Source: a virus. From it: DNA of 42,132 bases. Both the position numbers and the translations under genes were made by a program. The notes under the pieces were generated by a model. That model was not told where the DNA came from and did no database searches. It saw only the letters and a program-made list of their open reading frames with translations. The DNA lies in IMG/VR virus record IMGVR_UViG_3300006886_000001; one strand, written 5' to 3'. This document shows, one piece after another, positions 34,007 through 42,045 of the stretch; the first letter of the stretch is position 1; each line of letters begins with the position of its first letter.

Positions 34007-34318
34007 ATGAAAATGATTTCCTTTAAAGAATGGGAAGAACAAGGCGAAAAGTTATTTGGCGAAAATAAAAGAGATTGGAAATTTGTATGCCCAATGTGCA
34101 ATACTGCACAATCTTTTAATGATTTACTGCAAGCAGGTATATCTGAGGATGATGCGCAAGGTTATGTAGCCTACAGTTGCATTGGAAGGTTTAATAATAA
34201 AGAAAAAGGGTGTAATTGGACTCTAGGAGGCTTGTTTAGCATCCATAAATTGGAAGTTGTTAACGAAGAAGGGACTCGACCAATGTTTGAGTTTTTAAAG
34301 AACGAAAATGTTCAATAA
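34007..34318 (+). CDS. Cys-rich conserved phage protein (Zn-binding candidate)
   Basis: [14 protein letters not shown]...[20 protein letters not shown]. The pattern resembles a recurrent small phage family, recalled as VVA0879-like from memory. Confidence 0.45.
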   Translation: MKMISFKEWEEQGEKLFGENKRDWKFVCPMCNTAQSFNDLLQAGISEDDAQGYVAYSCIGRFNNKEKGCNWTLGGLFSIHKLEVVNEEGTRPMFEFLKNENVQ

Positions 34319-34742
34319 AGTCGTAATGCTCGGCAACCTAACACGAGACTGTGAACTTCGCTACCTTCCAAGCGGTGGCGCAGTTTGTACGACTGGATTA
34401 GCCACCAACCGAAGATTTAAAAAGCAAGATGGTAGCCAAGGTGAAGAGGTATGTTTTATCGACATTACTTTCTTCGGGCGCACCGCAGAGATCGCGAACC
34501 AATACCTAAGCCGCGGTAAAAAAGTTTTGGTTGAAGGTCGCCTCAAACTTGACCAGTGGACGGATCAGCAAGGAGTTAAACGCTCGAAGCACTCCATCAC
34601 CGTTGAGACATTAACGATGGTCGATACGCGAAGCCAAGCACCGCAAACACACAACGGTGTGCCATGCGAAGTGACGGGACCAAACGGACAACCATTACCC
34701 GACTATATCCCCAACATCAACGATGACGAAATCCCATTTTAA
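34308..34742 (+). CDS. ssb: Single-stranded DNA-binding protein
   Basis: OB-fold N-terminus ([24 protein letters not shown]...[26 protein letters not shown]) and an acidic tip DDEIPF. Confidence 0.9.
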   Translation: MFNKVVMLGNLTRDCELRYLPSGGAVCTTGLATNRRFKKQDGSQGEEVCFIDITFFGRTAEIANQYLSRGKKVLVEGRLKLDQWTDQQGVKRSKHSITVETLTMVDTRSQAPQTHNGVPCEVTGPNGQPLPDYIPNINDDEIPF

Positions 34743-34751
34743 AGAGGCATT

Positions 34752-35576
34752 ATGAAACGACCATTTTTGCGTTACCTTGGCGGAAAATTTCGCATTGCCT
34801 CTTGGGTCGTCCAATTTTTCCCTGAACACCGAAAATATGTTGATGCGTATGGCGGTGGTGGTAGCGTTCTTTTTGAGAAACCTCGCTCGTATGAAGAAGT
34901 TTACAACGACCTAGACAGTGATGTTGTCAACCTCTTCCGCATAGCTCGGGATGATGCTTTAAAGCTCAAAAAGCTTATGGAGTGGACGCTTTGGAGTCGA
35001 GATGAATTTGAATTGGCGTATGAGCTAACCGATGACAAAATCGAACTGGCAAGACGTACTATCGTCAAATCATTTATGAGTTTCGGCACTGGCTCAAAGA
35101 CCAAAGAGCAAGCAGGATTTAACCAAGGCATGCACTCAAACGGCATAGGCGATGCGATAAAGTGGAGAGAGTACCCAAACGTACTTTTGGAAGTGCAAGA
35201 CCGCCTCATAGGCGTTGTGATAGAAAATAGAAAAGCCATGCAACTGATAGAGTGCCACGATGCGGTAGATACCCTCTTCTACTTAGACCCTCCATATCTT
35301 CCTAAAACAAGAGTTATGGGAACACGAGGCTACACGCATGAGATGACACGCCAAGACCACGTAGAATTGCTCGAGAAGATTTTACATGTAAAAGGTATGG
35401 TCATCATAAGCGGATACGAAAGCAAATTGTACGACGAAACCTTAGTCGGGTGGGATAAAAAGATCATCAACGCTCGCGCTGCAGGTTATAGGGGTGCAGT
35501 AAAACGCAAAGAGTGTATTTGGATAAATCCAAACGCACAACAAAAACTTCAAAACAATTTATTTTATTCAGCATAA
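34752..35576 (+). CDS. dam: N6-adenine DNA methyltransferase, Dam/D12 class
   Basis: YLGGKFRIASWV, YVDAYGGGGSV (SAM site) and FYLDPPY (DPPY catalytic motif). Confidence 0.85.
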   Translation: MKRPFLRYLGGKFRIASWVVQFFPEHRKYVDAYGGGGSVLFEKPRSYEEVYNDLDSDVVNLFRIARDDALKLKKLMEWTLWSRDEFELAYELTDDKIELARRTIVKSFMSFGTGSKTKEQAGFNQGMHSNGIGDAIKWREYPNVLLEVQDRLIGVVIENRKAMQLIECHDAVDTLFYLDPPYLPKTRVMGTRGYTHEMTRQDHVELLEKILHVKGMVIISGYESKLYDETLVGWDKKIINARAAGYRGAVKRKECIWINPNAQQKLQNNLFYSA

Positions 35577-35584
35577 GGAACACC

Positions 35585-35926
35585 ATGAAAGTTTACATAG
35601 CAAGCCCCGTTCGTCCAGTTTTGGAAAAGTGCAGAGCTGAAGGATTTGAGTTGTACGCTGCTTGGGGGCTTGTTTCCCTCATGGCATCCAATGGGTGTCG
35701 AACCATGAAAGAACTAGGTCACACCCCACTCTCCCCCATCTTAGCATTTGATGGCGTTTACTCCGAATACGAAGAGCGAGAGCGCATCGACCAAGCGTGT
35801 GAAGAACTGCTGCTAAGTTGCGATGCCATCTATGTCGTACCGACAGACTACAACAAAGACAGCAAAGGCATAGCGCGAGAGCTAGAGATCGCCAAGGCGC
35901 ATAACATCCCCATCATAGGAGCATAA
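35585..35926 (+). CDS. DUF4406 / nucleoside 2-deoxyribosyltransferase-like protein
   Basis: MKVYIASPVRP... N-terminus and 114-aa size fit the Rossmann-like NDT-fold families common next to phage MTases. Called by eye. Confidence 0.4.
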   Translation: MKVYIASPVRPVLEKCRAEGFELYAAWGLVSLMASNGCRTMKELGHTPLSPILAFDGVYSEYEERERIDQACEELLLSCDAIYVVPTDYNKDSKGIARELEIAKAHNIPIIGA

Positions 35927-35927
35927 A

Positions 35928-36038
35928 ATGGAACTCGTATACGCGATCACGTGCGTTGTGTTTATCATCGGCGCAATGCTTAAAAAACGTCCTGAGAAAA
36001 AAGGGAATATCGACCCCATCCGTGGGTGGTTGAGATGA
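35928..36038 (+). CDS. Small TM ORF (36 aa), not in the ORF track
   Basis: MELVYAITCVVFIIGAMLKKRPEKKG.... It starts 1 nt after the upstream stop and has an ATGA overlap with the next gene. Confidence 0.35.
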   Translation: MELVYAITCVVFIIGAMLKKRPEKKGNIDPIRGWLR

Positions 36039-36814
36039 AGTACATAGCATCATGGAGCGGAGGTAAAGACAGCACCGCTATGGTTGATTTGCTTCTTAGA
36101 GATAAAAAGCCTTTAGATTACATTGTTTTTTTAGATACCACAATCGAATTTAAACAAATGTATGACTACATTGAAAAATTAAAAGCTTATTGGGAACAAA
36201 GATATGATGCAAAAATAGTCATTCTTCATCCAAGTAAAAATAAAAATGATTTTAAAAAACATGTTGTCTTTTCAACTATCAGCAGAGGAAAACATGAGGG
36301 TAAGATAAGAGGTTTTTTAAATGCAGCAGACCCATTTTGCATGTGGAGGAGAGATGCCAAAATGGCACCTTTTGAAAAATGGGTTAAAAACATTGGTGAG
36401 TATAAAACTTACATAGGTTTTACAAAAGATGAAACACACAGATGTAAAACTGATAAAAATGAAATTTATCCTCTCGTCACAGACTATAAAATGAGTGAAA
36501 TAGATTGTCAAAAGTATCTAGTAGATCACGAAATGGAAAACTCCCTTTATAGGCATTTTACACGAACTGGGTGCAGACTTTGCCCTTACCAAAGTGAAAG
36601 AGATTGGTACAAAATATACCAATATTTCCCTGATGTATGGCAAGAGCTCAAAGATATGGAACAGAGATTAAATACTTTTGACAATGTTCTTTATCCAAAA
36701 CCATTTCAGAAATATCAAGGCACAAGCGAATATGAAAAAATGTTCAAAGGCAGGCAAGAGTGGGATTTTAACGATCAACCACTAAAAGACTGCCTTTGCC
36801 ATATTTTGGGGTAG
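36035..36814 (+). CDS. PP-loop ATPase, PAPS reductase / DndC-like family
   Basis: SWSGGKDS PP-loop. The C-terminal Cys pair TGCRLCPYQ is present. Confidence 0.75.
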   Translation: MKYIASWSGGKDSTAMVDLLLRDKKPLDYIVFLDTTIEFKQMYDYIEKLKAYWEQRYDAKIVILHPSKNKNDFKKHVVFSTISRGKHEGKIRGFLNAADPFCMWRRDAKMAPFEKWVKNIGEYKTYIGFTKDETHRCKTDKNEIYPLVTDYKMSEIDCQKYLVDHEMENSLYRHFTRTGCRLCPYQSERDWYKIYQYFPDVWQELKDMEQRLNTFDNVLYPKPFQKYQGTSEYEKMFKGRQEWDFNDQPLKDCLCHILG

Positions 36815-36817
36815 CGC

Positions 36818-36982
36818 ATGACCGTACCCCAAGAGCTTAGAAACATAAAAGAAAAGCTCGTTTTAGCAAATACAGAAGCCGAATACCTCGTATCCCTACT
36901 CAAAGACCCAACGCCTGAGAACATCGAAAAAGCACGTATGAAAATGGAAGAATTAAAAGAAGAATTGGAGGAGTGTTTATGA
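36818..36982 (+). CDS. Small helical ORF (54 aa), not in the ORF track
   Basis: Starts 3 nt after the upstream stop, with an ATGA overlap with the MTase-like gene. Confidence 0.35.
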   Translation: MTVPQELRNIKEKLVLANTEAEYLVSLLKDPTPENIEKARMKMEELKEELEECL

Positions 36983-37593
36983 AAATCCTTAACCTATACG
37001 CAGGCATTGGCGGTAATCGCAAATTATGGGGGGATGAATACGAGATCACAGCAGTTGAGTATAACGAAGACATTGCCGCGGTGTATCAAGATCTTTATCC
37101 TAACGATACGGTTATAGTAGGCGATGCCCTCGATTATCTATTAAAGCATTATCAGGAGTTTGATCTTATATGGGGCAGCCCAAAATGCCCAACACATTCA
37201 AGGATGAGACAGTATCTGCAAGTTCAATGTAGAGGTCAAAAAGCTTGCTACCCTGATATGTCGCTATACCAAGTGATAATCTTCCTACAGTACAACTTTA
37301 AAGGTAAGTGGGTTATCGAAAATGTTAAACCATATTATGAACCATTAATTAAACCTTCTTTTGAATTGCAAAGACATATTTATTGGTCAAATTTTGAAGT
37401 TCAAGAAGTAGAGTTTAAAAAATCAAAACTACGATCAGCCCAAATACCTGATCTTGAAGAATACTTAGGTTTTGATCTAAGCAAATACAAATTACCAAAC
37501 AAAAGACAGGTGCTAAGAAATTGCGTTCTGCCTGAGATTGGTGAGCATATATTAAAAAGCGTTATGGGAAAAGGAAAACCATGGAGCTTTTAA
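36979..37593 (+). CDS. Miniature C5-cytosine methyltransferase-like protein (204 aa)
   Basis: Motif I is LNLYAGIGG. Motif IV is altered to GSPKCPTHS, against the canonical GPPCQ. Motif VI is VIENVK. QRHIYWSNF and RNCVLPEIGEHI form the motif VIII/X-like tail. The target-recognition region is very short. Confidence 0.6.
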   Translation: MKILNLYAGIGGNRKLWGDEYEITAVEYNEDIAAVYQDLYPNDTVIVGDALDYLLKHYQEFDLIWGSPKCPTHSRMRQYLQVQCRGQKACYPDMSLYQVIIFLQYNFKGKWVIENVKPYYEPLIKPSFELQRHIYWSNFEVQEVEFKKSKLRSAQIPDLEEYLGFDLSKYKLPNKRQVLRNCVLPEIGEHILKSVMGKGKPWSF

Positions 37594-37775
37594 TACCACT
37601 CATCATCTGCTTCTTCGTATTGCTCAGCATCTGCTACCTAATCAACCAAAAAATAGAAAGATTGTACGAAAAGATCGAAAAGGTAGAAGCAGAGATCGAA
37701 GAGAGCCTAGCAGACAAGATTCTCCCCAACGGGAAGCCGACAAAACCAATAAATACAAAGGGCATGGCATGCTAA
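37581..37775 (+). CDS. Small membrane protein
   Basis: N-terminal TM helix (LLIPLIICFFVLLSICYLI) then a charged helix. Confidence 0.5.
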   Translation: MELLIPLIICFFVLLSICYLINQKIERLYEKIEKVEAEIEESLADKILPNGKPTKPINTKGMAC

Positions 37776-37996
37776 GAGAAGTTTTATTTTTAACCCAAGG
37801 TGATCCATTTTGCCAACATCAAAAAAATGGCGAGGCACCCATCTACGAATACCAGTACGTTTGTATTTTCCACCACATCATCGTTGGAGAGCCTTCTTTT
37901 CATCGAACGGACGAAGAAGCAAAAGCACTTTATACCGAACACGGGAAATGGCATAAGATCGTTGAAACAAAAAGAGAACGAAAGGCTGACAGATGA
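37769..37996 (+). CDS. Hypothetical protein (75 aa)
   Basis: Overlapping starts and stops with both neighbours, in the co-directional gene chain. Confidence 0.45.
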   Translation: MLREVLFLTQGDPFCQHQKNGEAPIYEYQYVCIFHHIIVGEPSFHRTDEEAKALYTEHGKWHKIVETKRERKADR

Positions 37997-38385
37997 GTAA
38001 AGCGCTTGAAGATTATGAATTAAAATATGATTCATTTTGGAAAGAGATCATCGAAAAAGATGGCGTGGTAAATATAGACCAAGTCAAAAGAGAGCTGTAT
38101 GATTTTGCAATGATGATTAAAGAGGTGGGCGAAGTATATTGCCATGTGACAAATGGTGCTATTTCTAAGCCAAATACATGCTCAGATGTGGTTATTGATA
38201 TTCATGATGATATTAGAACTAGAGAAATAGAAGAAGCAATAGCCGAAGAGCTTGAAGCGCATCAAAAACCTCAAACCTCCTGCCACGGTTGCAAATACGA
38301 TGACAGTGATGTCGATGAAGCAGAGCGAAAAGCGCACTGCCTACCGTGCCTTGAACCGGTCACGCTTAGGCGAAATTATACCTAA
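37993..38385 (+). CDS. Hypothetical acidic protein with C-terminal Cys pairs
   Basis: SCHGCKY...HCLPC. 130 aa. Confidence 0.5.
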   Translation: MSKALEDYELKYDSFWKEIIEKDGVVNIDQVKRELYDFAMMIKEVGEVYCHVTNGAISKPNTCSDVVIDIHDDIRTREIEEAIAEELEAHQKPQTSCHGCKYDDSDVDEAERKAHCLPCLEPVTLRRNYT

Positions 38386-38552
38386 AGTAGTACATAAAGG
38401 TAATTTTTTTGCCTCTTTTGGTTCAGATATTGCCTATATATGCTACTTTTGTTATATGAATGTTGACATAGTTAAAGTATAATAATTTTAAAAATAATAG
38501 TTTTATGATAAAAAACTTCTTAGTAAGTACTATGAAATGAGGGTAAATAAGC

Positions 38553-39113
38553 ATGGATAACAAAAATGTCAGTTTGACGACAATCAACCTCTTCGGAAAG
38601 CGCGAAGTTGAGTGCATCTTGCACACTAGACTTCTAGCCGAACAAGAGATCAAGGCGTCGTGTGAGGTGGAATTGCTTAAGGTCTACAAAGACATCGATG
38701 CGGCGATCAAAGACGTGGCAATCTTAGAGGTCATGAGCGAAGACAACGGCGACATTGTGCTATGCGTGCATACGAAAAAAATGGAAAGAATCCGCTACTA
38801 CGGAACCAACGGGCACCTATTTCGCTTCAAATACGGCATCTCGCCTGAGATCATCAAAAGCGCTGCAGGACTTGGCGAGCAAAACATTGTCAAGCTTACA
38901 TGTAAAGAGTTGGGGATCACCCAAAAAGAGTTATCGGATAAGCTTGGCATAGACGATGGAACGGTAAGAAAATGGTCATCAGACCCAACAAAAACACCTG
39001 TGTGGGCGCAAAATTTCATGAGTTTAATTTTAGAGCATGACAAAAACATCAAAGCAATTTCCGCATTTAAATTCTTCATCGAAAATATAGGTGTTGGAAA
39101 AACCAACAGCTAA
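38553..39113 (+). CDS. HTH protein, paralog B (unique N-terminal domain + XRE-type HTH)
   Basis: LTCKELGITQKELSDKLGIDDGTVRKWSS. The HTH core is about 60 percent identical by eye to 22580..22801. Confidence 0.7.
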   Translation: MDNKNVSLTTINLFGKREVECILHTRLLAEQEIKASCEVELLKVYKDIDAAIKDVAILEVMSEDNGDIVLCVHTKKMERIRYYGTNGHLFRFKYGISPEIIKSAAGLGEQNIVKLTCKELGITQKELSDKLGIDDGTVRKWSSDPTKTPVWAQNFMSLILEHDKNIKAISAFKFFIENIGVGKTNS

Positions 39114-39170
39114 AAAGTTCCTGCCAAGAACACATAAAGCATAAAATATTCATTTTAAGAACTTTATCTA

Positions 39171-39199
39171 TTGACTTTGGTTCTCTAAATATATATAAT
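39171..39199 (+). promoter_or_regulatory. Near-consensus sigma70 promoter for Bro-N paralog B
   Basis: TTGACT (39171-76), a 17-nt spacer, then TATAAT (39194-99). It lies 41 nt upstream of the start at 39240. Confidence 0.6.
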
Positions 39200-39239
39200 T
39201 CCTCTAAATTGTTCCAAAAAAGAACATTAGGAGGGTATT

Positions 39240-39812
39240 ATGTTTCAAGTAACATTTAAGGATATAAAGCTACACGTTGTCGGGCATTCCGATCATATTT
39301 TTTTACTTTCATCTAAAGACGTGGCTCTTGGCTATGGTGTTTCAGAACACACCATCCGCTCACATCGAAAAGACCAATCAGACGAGCTCATTGAAGGTAA
39401 GCACTTCATCATCGACCGTTCTTACAAAAACACACCAAAAACCTACTGGACAAAGCGAGGCATTGTGCGCCTTGGCTTCTTCATCAAATCGCAACAAGCC
39501 AAAGCGTTCCGTGACTGGGCTGAGGACTATGTTGTCGAAGAAAAAAAAGCCGACACCCACCAACTAGAGCGCGAAAATGTAGAACTAAAACGAGCACTAA
39601 ACCGCCTATTAAAACAACAAACCCCAACATGCGAAGAGCTGTTAAAGCTCCATTACCCAGTGCTCCACAACAACATCTTGGAGCTAGACAACACCTTCAA
39701 AAACATAGATATTGCAGCACTTCAACGCTTCGTTTTTTTCATTCAACAGATCCAAAAACACACAAGCACACTCGCCCAAGGGCTTAAACAAGATCGCAAA
39801 AAAAGATCATAA
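39240..39812 (+). CDS. Bro-N domain protein (antirepressor-like), paralog B
   Basis: SSKDVALGYG...WTKRGIVRLGFFIKSQQAKAFRDWAEDYV, preceded by a GGAGG RBS. Confidence 0.7.
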   Translation: MFQVTFKDIKLHVVGHSDHIFLLSSKDVALGYGVSEHTIRSHRKDQSDELIEGKHFIIDRSYKNTPKTYWTKRGIVRLGFFIKSQQAKAFRDWAEDYVVEEKKADTHQLERENVELKRALNRLLKQQTPTCEELLKLHYPVLHNNILELDNTFKNIDIAALQRFVFFIQQIQKHTSTLAQGLKQDRKKRS

Positions 39813-39814
39813 AA

Positions 39815-39830
39815 GTTTCCCATGGGAAAC
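39815..39830. promoter_or_regulatory. 16-bp perfect palindrome GTTTCCCATGGGAAAC
   Basis: Starts 3 nt after the Bro-B stop and abuts the next TTTACATGTAAAGG copy. Confidence 0.4.
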
Positions 39831-39854
39831 TTTACATGTAAAGGAAACCTCATG
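39831..39854 (+). promoter_or_regulatory. Start-associated palindromic motif, copy 2
   Basis: TTTACATGTAAAGG-aaacctc-ATG. Confidence 0.7.
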
Positions 39855-40457
39855 TGTGAAGATTTAAAAAAATTCATTGAAGAACACAAAGACATGTTTG
39901 ATAAGCATGTTGTTAAAAAGATAGATTTGCCGACAGGCGGAGAGCATGACTGTTATATCAGTTTTCGCGACCCTGCTACATGTAACGGCGCAATGGAGTT
40001 TATCTATATTGGCGGCTGCTTGACCATACAAGGCGATTACGGAAATGCCTCATTTACTTGGTATAACCCACGCAATAGCATTAAAGTAATGGCAGAGTTT
40101 GCTGAGAATTTTGGATACTTTTTGAGCAAAACATCTTCTGCTGAGCGTAATTCAATCCCTAACAGATATTTTACAGATTGGGATGAAGATTTATGTGTTG
40201 ATACCATTAAAAAAGAGTTAAAAGACTTTGAGGAACATGGTTATACATTTGAAAATTCAGATGATGATTGGGAAGATTGCACCGAAAGTTTTTTTGAATG
40301 GATTGCATTTTTGCAAATAAATGGCTCAAAGTATTTTGGTGATGACTGGTATGAGTTTGCACCGCAAGCAGGGTATAAAATCGAAAACCGTGCTTATTGC
40401 TTGGTATATGGATTTATTGAAGCGGTCAAAGCTTTACATGTAAAGGATAGCGTATGA
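39852..40457 (+). CDS. Hypothetical protein (201 aa)
   Basis: Start chosen at ATG 39852, 7 nt after TTTACATGTAAAGG. The annotated upstream extension would read through the palindromes. Confidence 0.55.
   Translation: MCEDLKKFIEEHKDMFDKHVVKKIDLPTGGEHDCYISFRDPATCNGAMEFIYIGGCLTIQGDYGNASFTWYNPRNSIKVMAEFAENFGYFLSKTSSAERNSIPNRYFTDWDEDLCVDTIKKELKDFEEHGYTFENSDDDWEDCTESFFEWIAFLQINGSKYFGDDWYEFAPQAGYKIENRAYCLVYGFIEAVKALHVKDSV
40433..40456 (+). promoter_or_regulatory. Start-associated palindromic motif, copy 3
   Basis: TTTACATGTAAAGG-atagcgt-ATG. Confidence 0.7.
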
Positions 40458-40813
40458 AAACATTACCAAGTAAAGAGCTATTGAGCGAAGTATTAAAAAT
40501 AAATGTAACAGAAGTTTATGAAAGAAGAGGTGAGATTAGATTTAGAACCCATACAAATAGAGCAGATGGGTGGGATAGTTCAAGCGATACACCTATCCCA
40601 AACATCTACGAACTAGCATATAAGTGCAAAGAGGATGCTACTAAATACAATTATTTCATATCTTCATTTATATCAAATTGTATGCAAGGCAAAGGTGAAG
40701 CTACGATACAAGATGAAAATGGCAATAAGAAAGTATTTGTAGCAGACACAGAACCAGAAGCAATCTTCAAAGCGCGTGAATGGTTAAGAAAGTATTTGAA
40801 GGATAACCAATGA
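40454..40813 (+). CDS. Hypothetical protein (119 aa)
   Basis: ATGA overlap with the upstream gene. Start-associated motif present. Confidence 0.55.
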   Translation: MKTLPSKELLSEVLKINVTEVYERRGEIRFRTHTNRADGWDSSSDTPIPNIYELAYKCKEDATKYNYFISSFISNCMQGKGEATIQDENGNKKVFVADTEPEAIFKAREWLRKYLKDNQ

Positions 40814-41271
40814 GTATGGAACTATGGCAAAAAGAGGACTATCCAAAAATAAAAATGGGTGTCGTGAGAGATGCGTGCGAAGATGAGCAGAAGAAAAGAA
40901 TTAGGGCACGTATTGAGTATTTTGGCATAGAAGAAGGTAAAAGAACTATCTTATCTTATTTTGATCGCGCTCAATTTTGCGCTGTAAAAGTAAAACAAAC
41001 TCAATATAAAAACCTTAACTCCTACCTACATAAAGAAGCCGAACGAGGCGCATTGATAAAATGTAGCAGTGGGCGTGGGTCTTATCTCTCTTTTGTATTC
41101 CCCAAAAAAGAGCTTGAGCGCATGATCGATGAAGTTATTGATGAATTGACAGCTTATTATACAAGCACTTCTCATGGTAAAGGGGAAATTCCTACAGTTA
41201 CTATTCACAAAACTCATTCACTTGGACCTTCAGAAACTTTACATGTAAAGGAAAAGTCATGCCTGAAATAG
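40810..41271 (+). CDS. Hypothetical protein (153 aa)
   Basis: ATGA overlap with the upstream gene. The 3' end encodes TLHVKE through the motif. Confidence 0.55.
   Translation: MSMELWQKEDYPKIKMGVVRDACEDEQKKRIRARIEYFGIEEGKRTILSYFDRAQFCAVKVKQTQYKNLNSYLHKEAERGALIKCSSGRGSYLSFVFPKKELERMIDEVIDELTAYYTSTSHGKGEIPTVTIHKTHSLGPSETLHVKEKSCLK
41238..41261 (+). promoter_or_regulatory. Start-associated palindromic motif, copy 4
   Basis: TTTACATGTAAAGG-aaaagtc-ATG. Confidence 0.7.
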
Positions 41272-41528
41272 AATTTAGCCCGCTTGAGCTGCTTAGGCTT
41301 GAGCATATCCGCTATGGTGAAGCACGTTTTAGAGATACCAAGTTCGTTTTTCCTTTTGTGAATCGCATTTACCAAGACATAGCAGAGCTAACAAGCCAAT
41401 GTGTTGGGTGCATTGAGTATGACTACCAAAGCCACCTTCTAAGCGATGAAGAGTACCGAAAAAGATTCCAAAAATGCAATGCTTGCATGAAAGGTAAAAA
41501 AGACTTATTTCAGGAGAAAAAGCGATGA
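41259..41528 (+). CDS. Hypothetical Cys-containing protein (89 aa)
   Basis: Start-associated motif present. Contains CVGC...CNAC. Confidence 0.5.
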   Translation: MPEIEFSPLELLRLEHIRYGEARFRDTKFVFPFVNRIYQDIAELTSQCVGCIEYDYQSHLLSDEEYRKRFQKCNACMKGKKDLFQEKKR

Positions 41529-41845
41529 ATTTTGCAGAAAAATTGGAGAGACTTAGAAGTGCAGTAAGTTTTGGTATTTCACCACATCGAAACATAACCG
41601 TTATGTTGGACGACTTGAAAGCATTGATTTATCATTTTGATAGATTAGATAATGAAATACGGGACAAGCACAAAGAGGAAGCGAAAACGTGCGAGTGGAC
41701 ATACTATGACCACCCATTTTATGAACCTGATTGGAGGGGATCATGTGGTGTTGCATGGGTTATCATCGACGGTACCCCCGAAGAAAACCACATGAACTTT
41801 TGCCCACAATGCGGTGGGAAAATTTTACATGTAAAGGATAAGTGA
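41525..41845 (+). CDS. Hypothetical protein with a C-terminal zinc ribbon
   Basis: CEW...FCPQCGG. The 3' end encodes ILHVKDK through the motif. Confidence 0.5.
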   Translation: MNFAEKLERLRSAVSFGISPHRNITVMLDDLKALIYHFDRLDNEIRDKHKEEAKTCEWTYYDHPFYEPDWRGSCGVAWVIIDGTPEENHMNFCPQCGGKILHVKDK

Positions 41846-41847
41846 TG
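41824..41847 (+). promoter_or_regulatory. Start-associated palindromic motif, copy 5
   Basis: TTTACATGTAAAGG-ataagtg-ATG (xis start). Confidence 0.7.
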
Positions 41848-42045
41848 GAACAATCAAGAATACAACATTTAAGACCAAAACAAGTAGCAGAAGAATATCA
41901 TATAGGTCTTAGCACCGTTTGGAGATACGCCAAACTAGGATATTTTACCCCCATAAAGATCACTGGAGGGGTAACGGTTTTTTTAAGAAACGAGCTTGAT
42001 AACTTCTTTACCGGCAATGCTCAAAGTCAAAACGTAGTTACATAG
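41845..42045 (+). CDS. xis: Excisionase / AlpA-family HTH protein
   Basis: LRPKQVAEEYHIGLSTVWRYAKLGYFTPIKI..V.F...ELDNF matches the Xis/AlpA MerR-like HTH pattern. It is the last gene before attP and int on the circular map. Confidence 0.7.
   Translation: MEQSRIQHLRPKQVAEEYHIGLSTVWRYAKLGYFTPIKITGGVTVFLRNELDNFFTGNAQSQNVVT

Noticed and set aside
35382-35399. Internal TTTTACATGTAAAAGGTATG inside the Dam gene as an internal translation start
   Set aside because: The spacing to the ATG (5 nt) differs from the invariant 7 nt after AAAGG, and the DPPY motif lies upstream of it. It is counted as a motif copy only.
39822-39851. Upstream starts for 39822..40457 (MGNFTCKGNL) and likewise for 33558..33614
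   Set aside because: These extensions are translations of the palindromes and the start-associated motif. The ATGs at 39852 and 33615 sit at the invariant 7-nt spacing seen at three other junctions.
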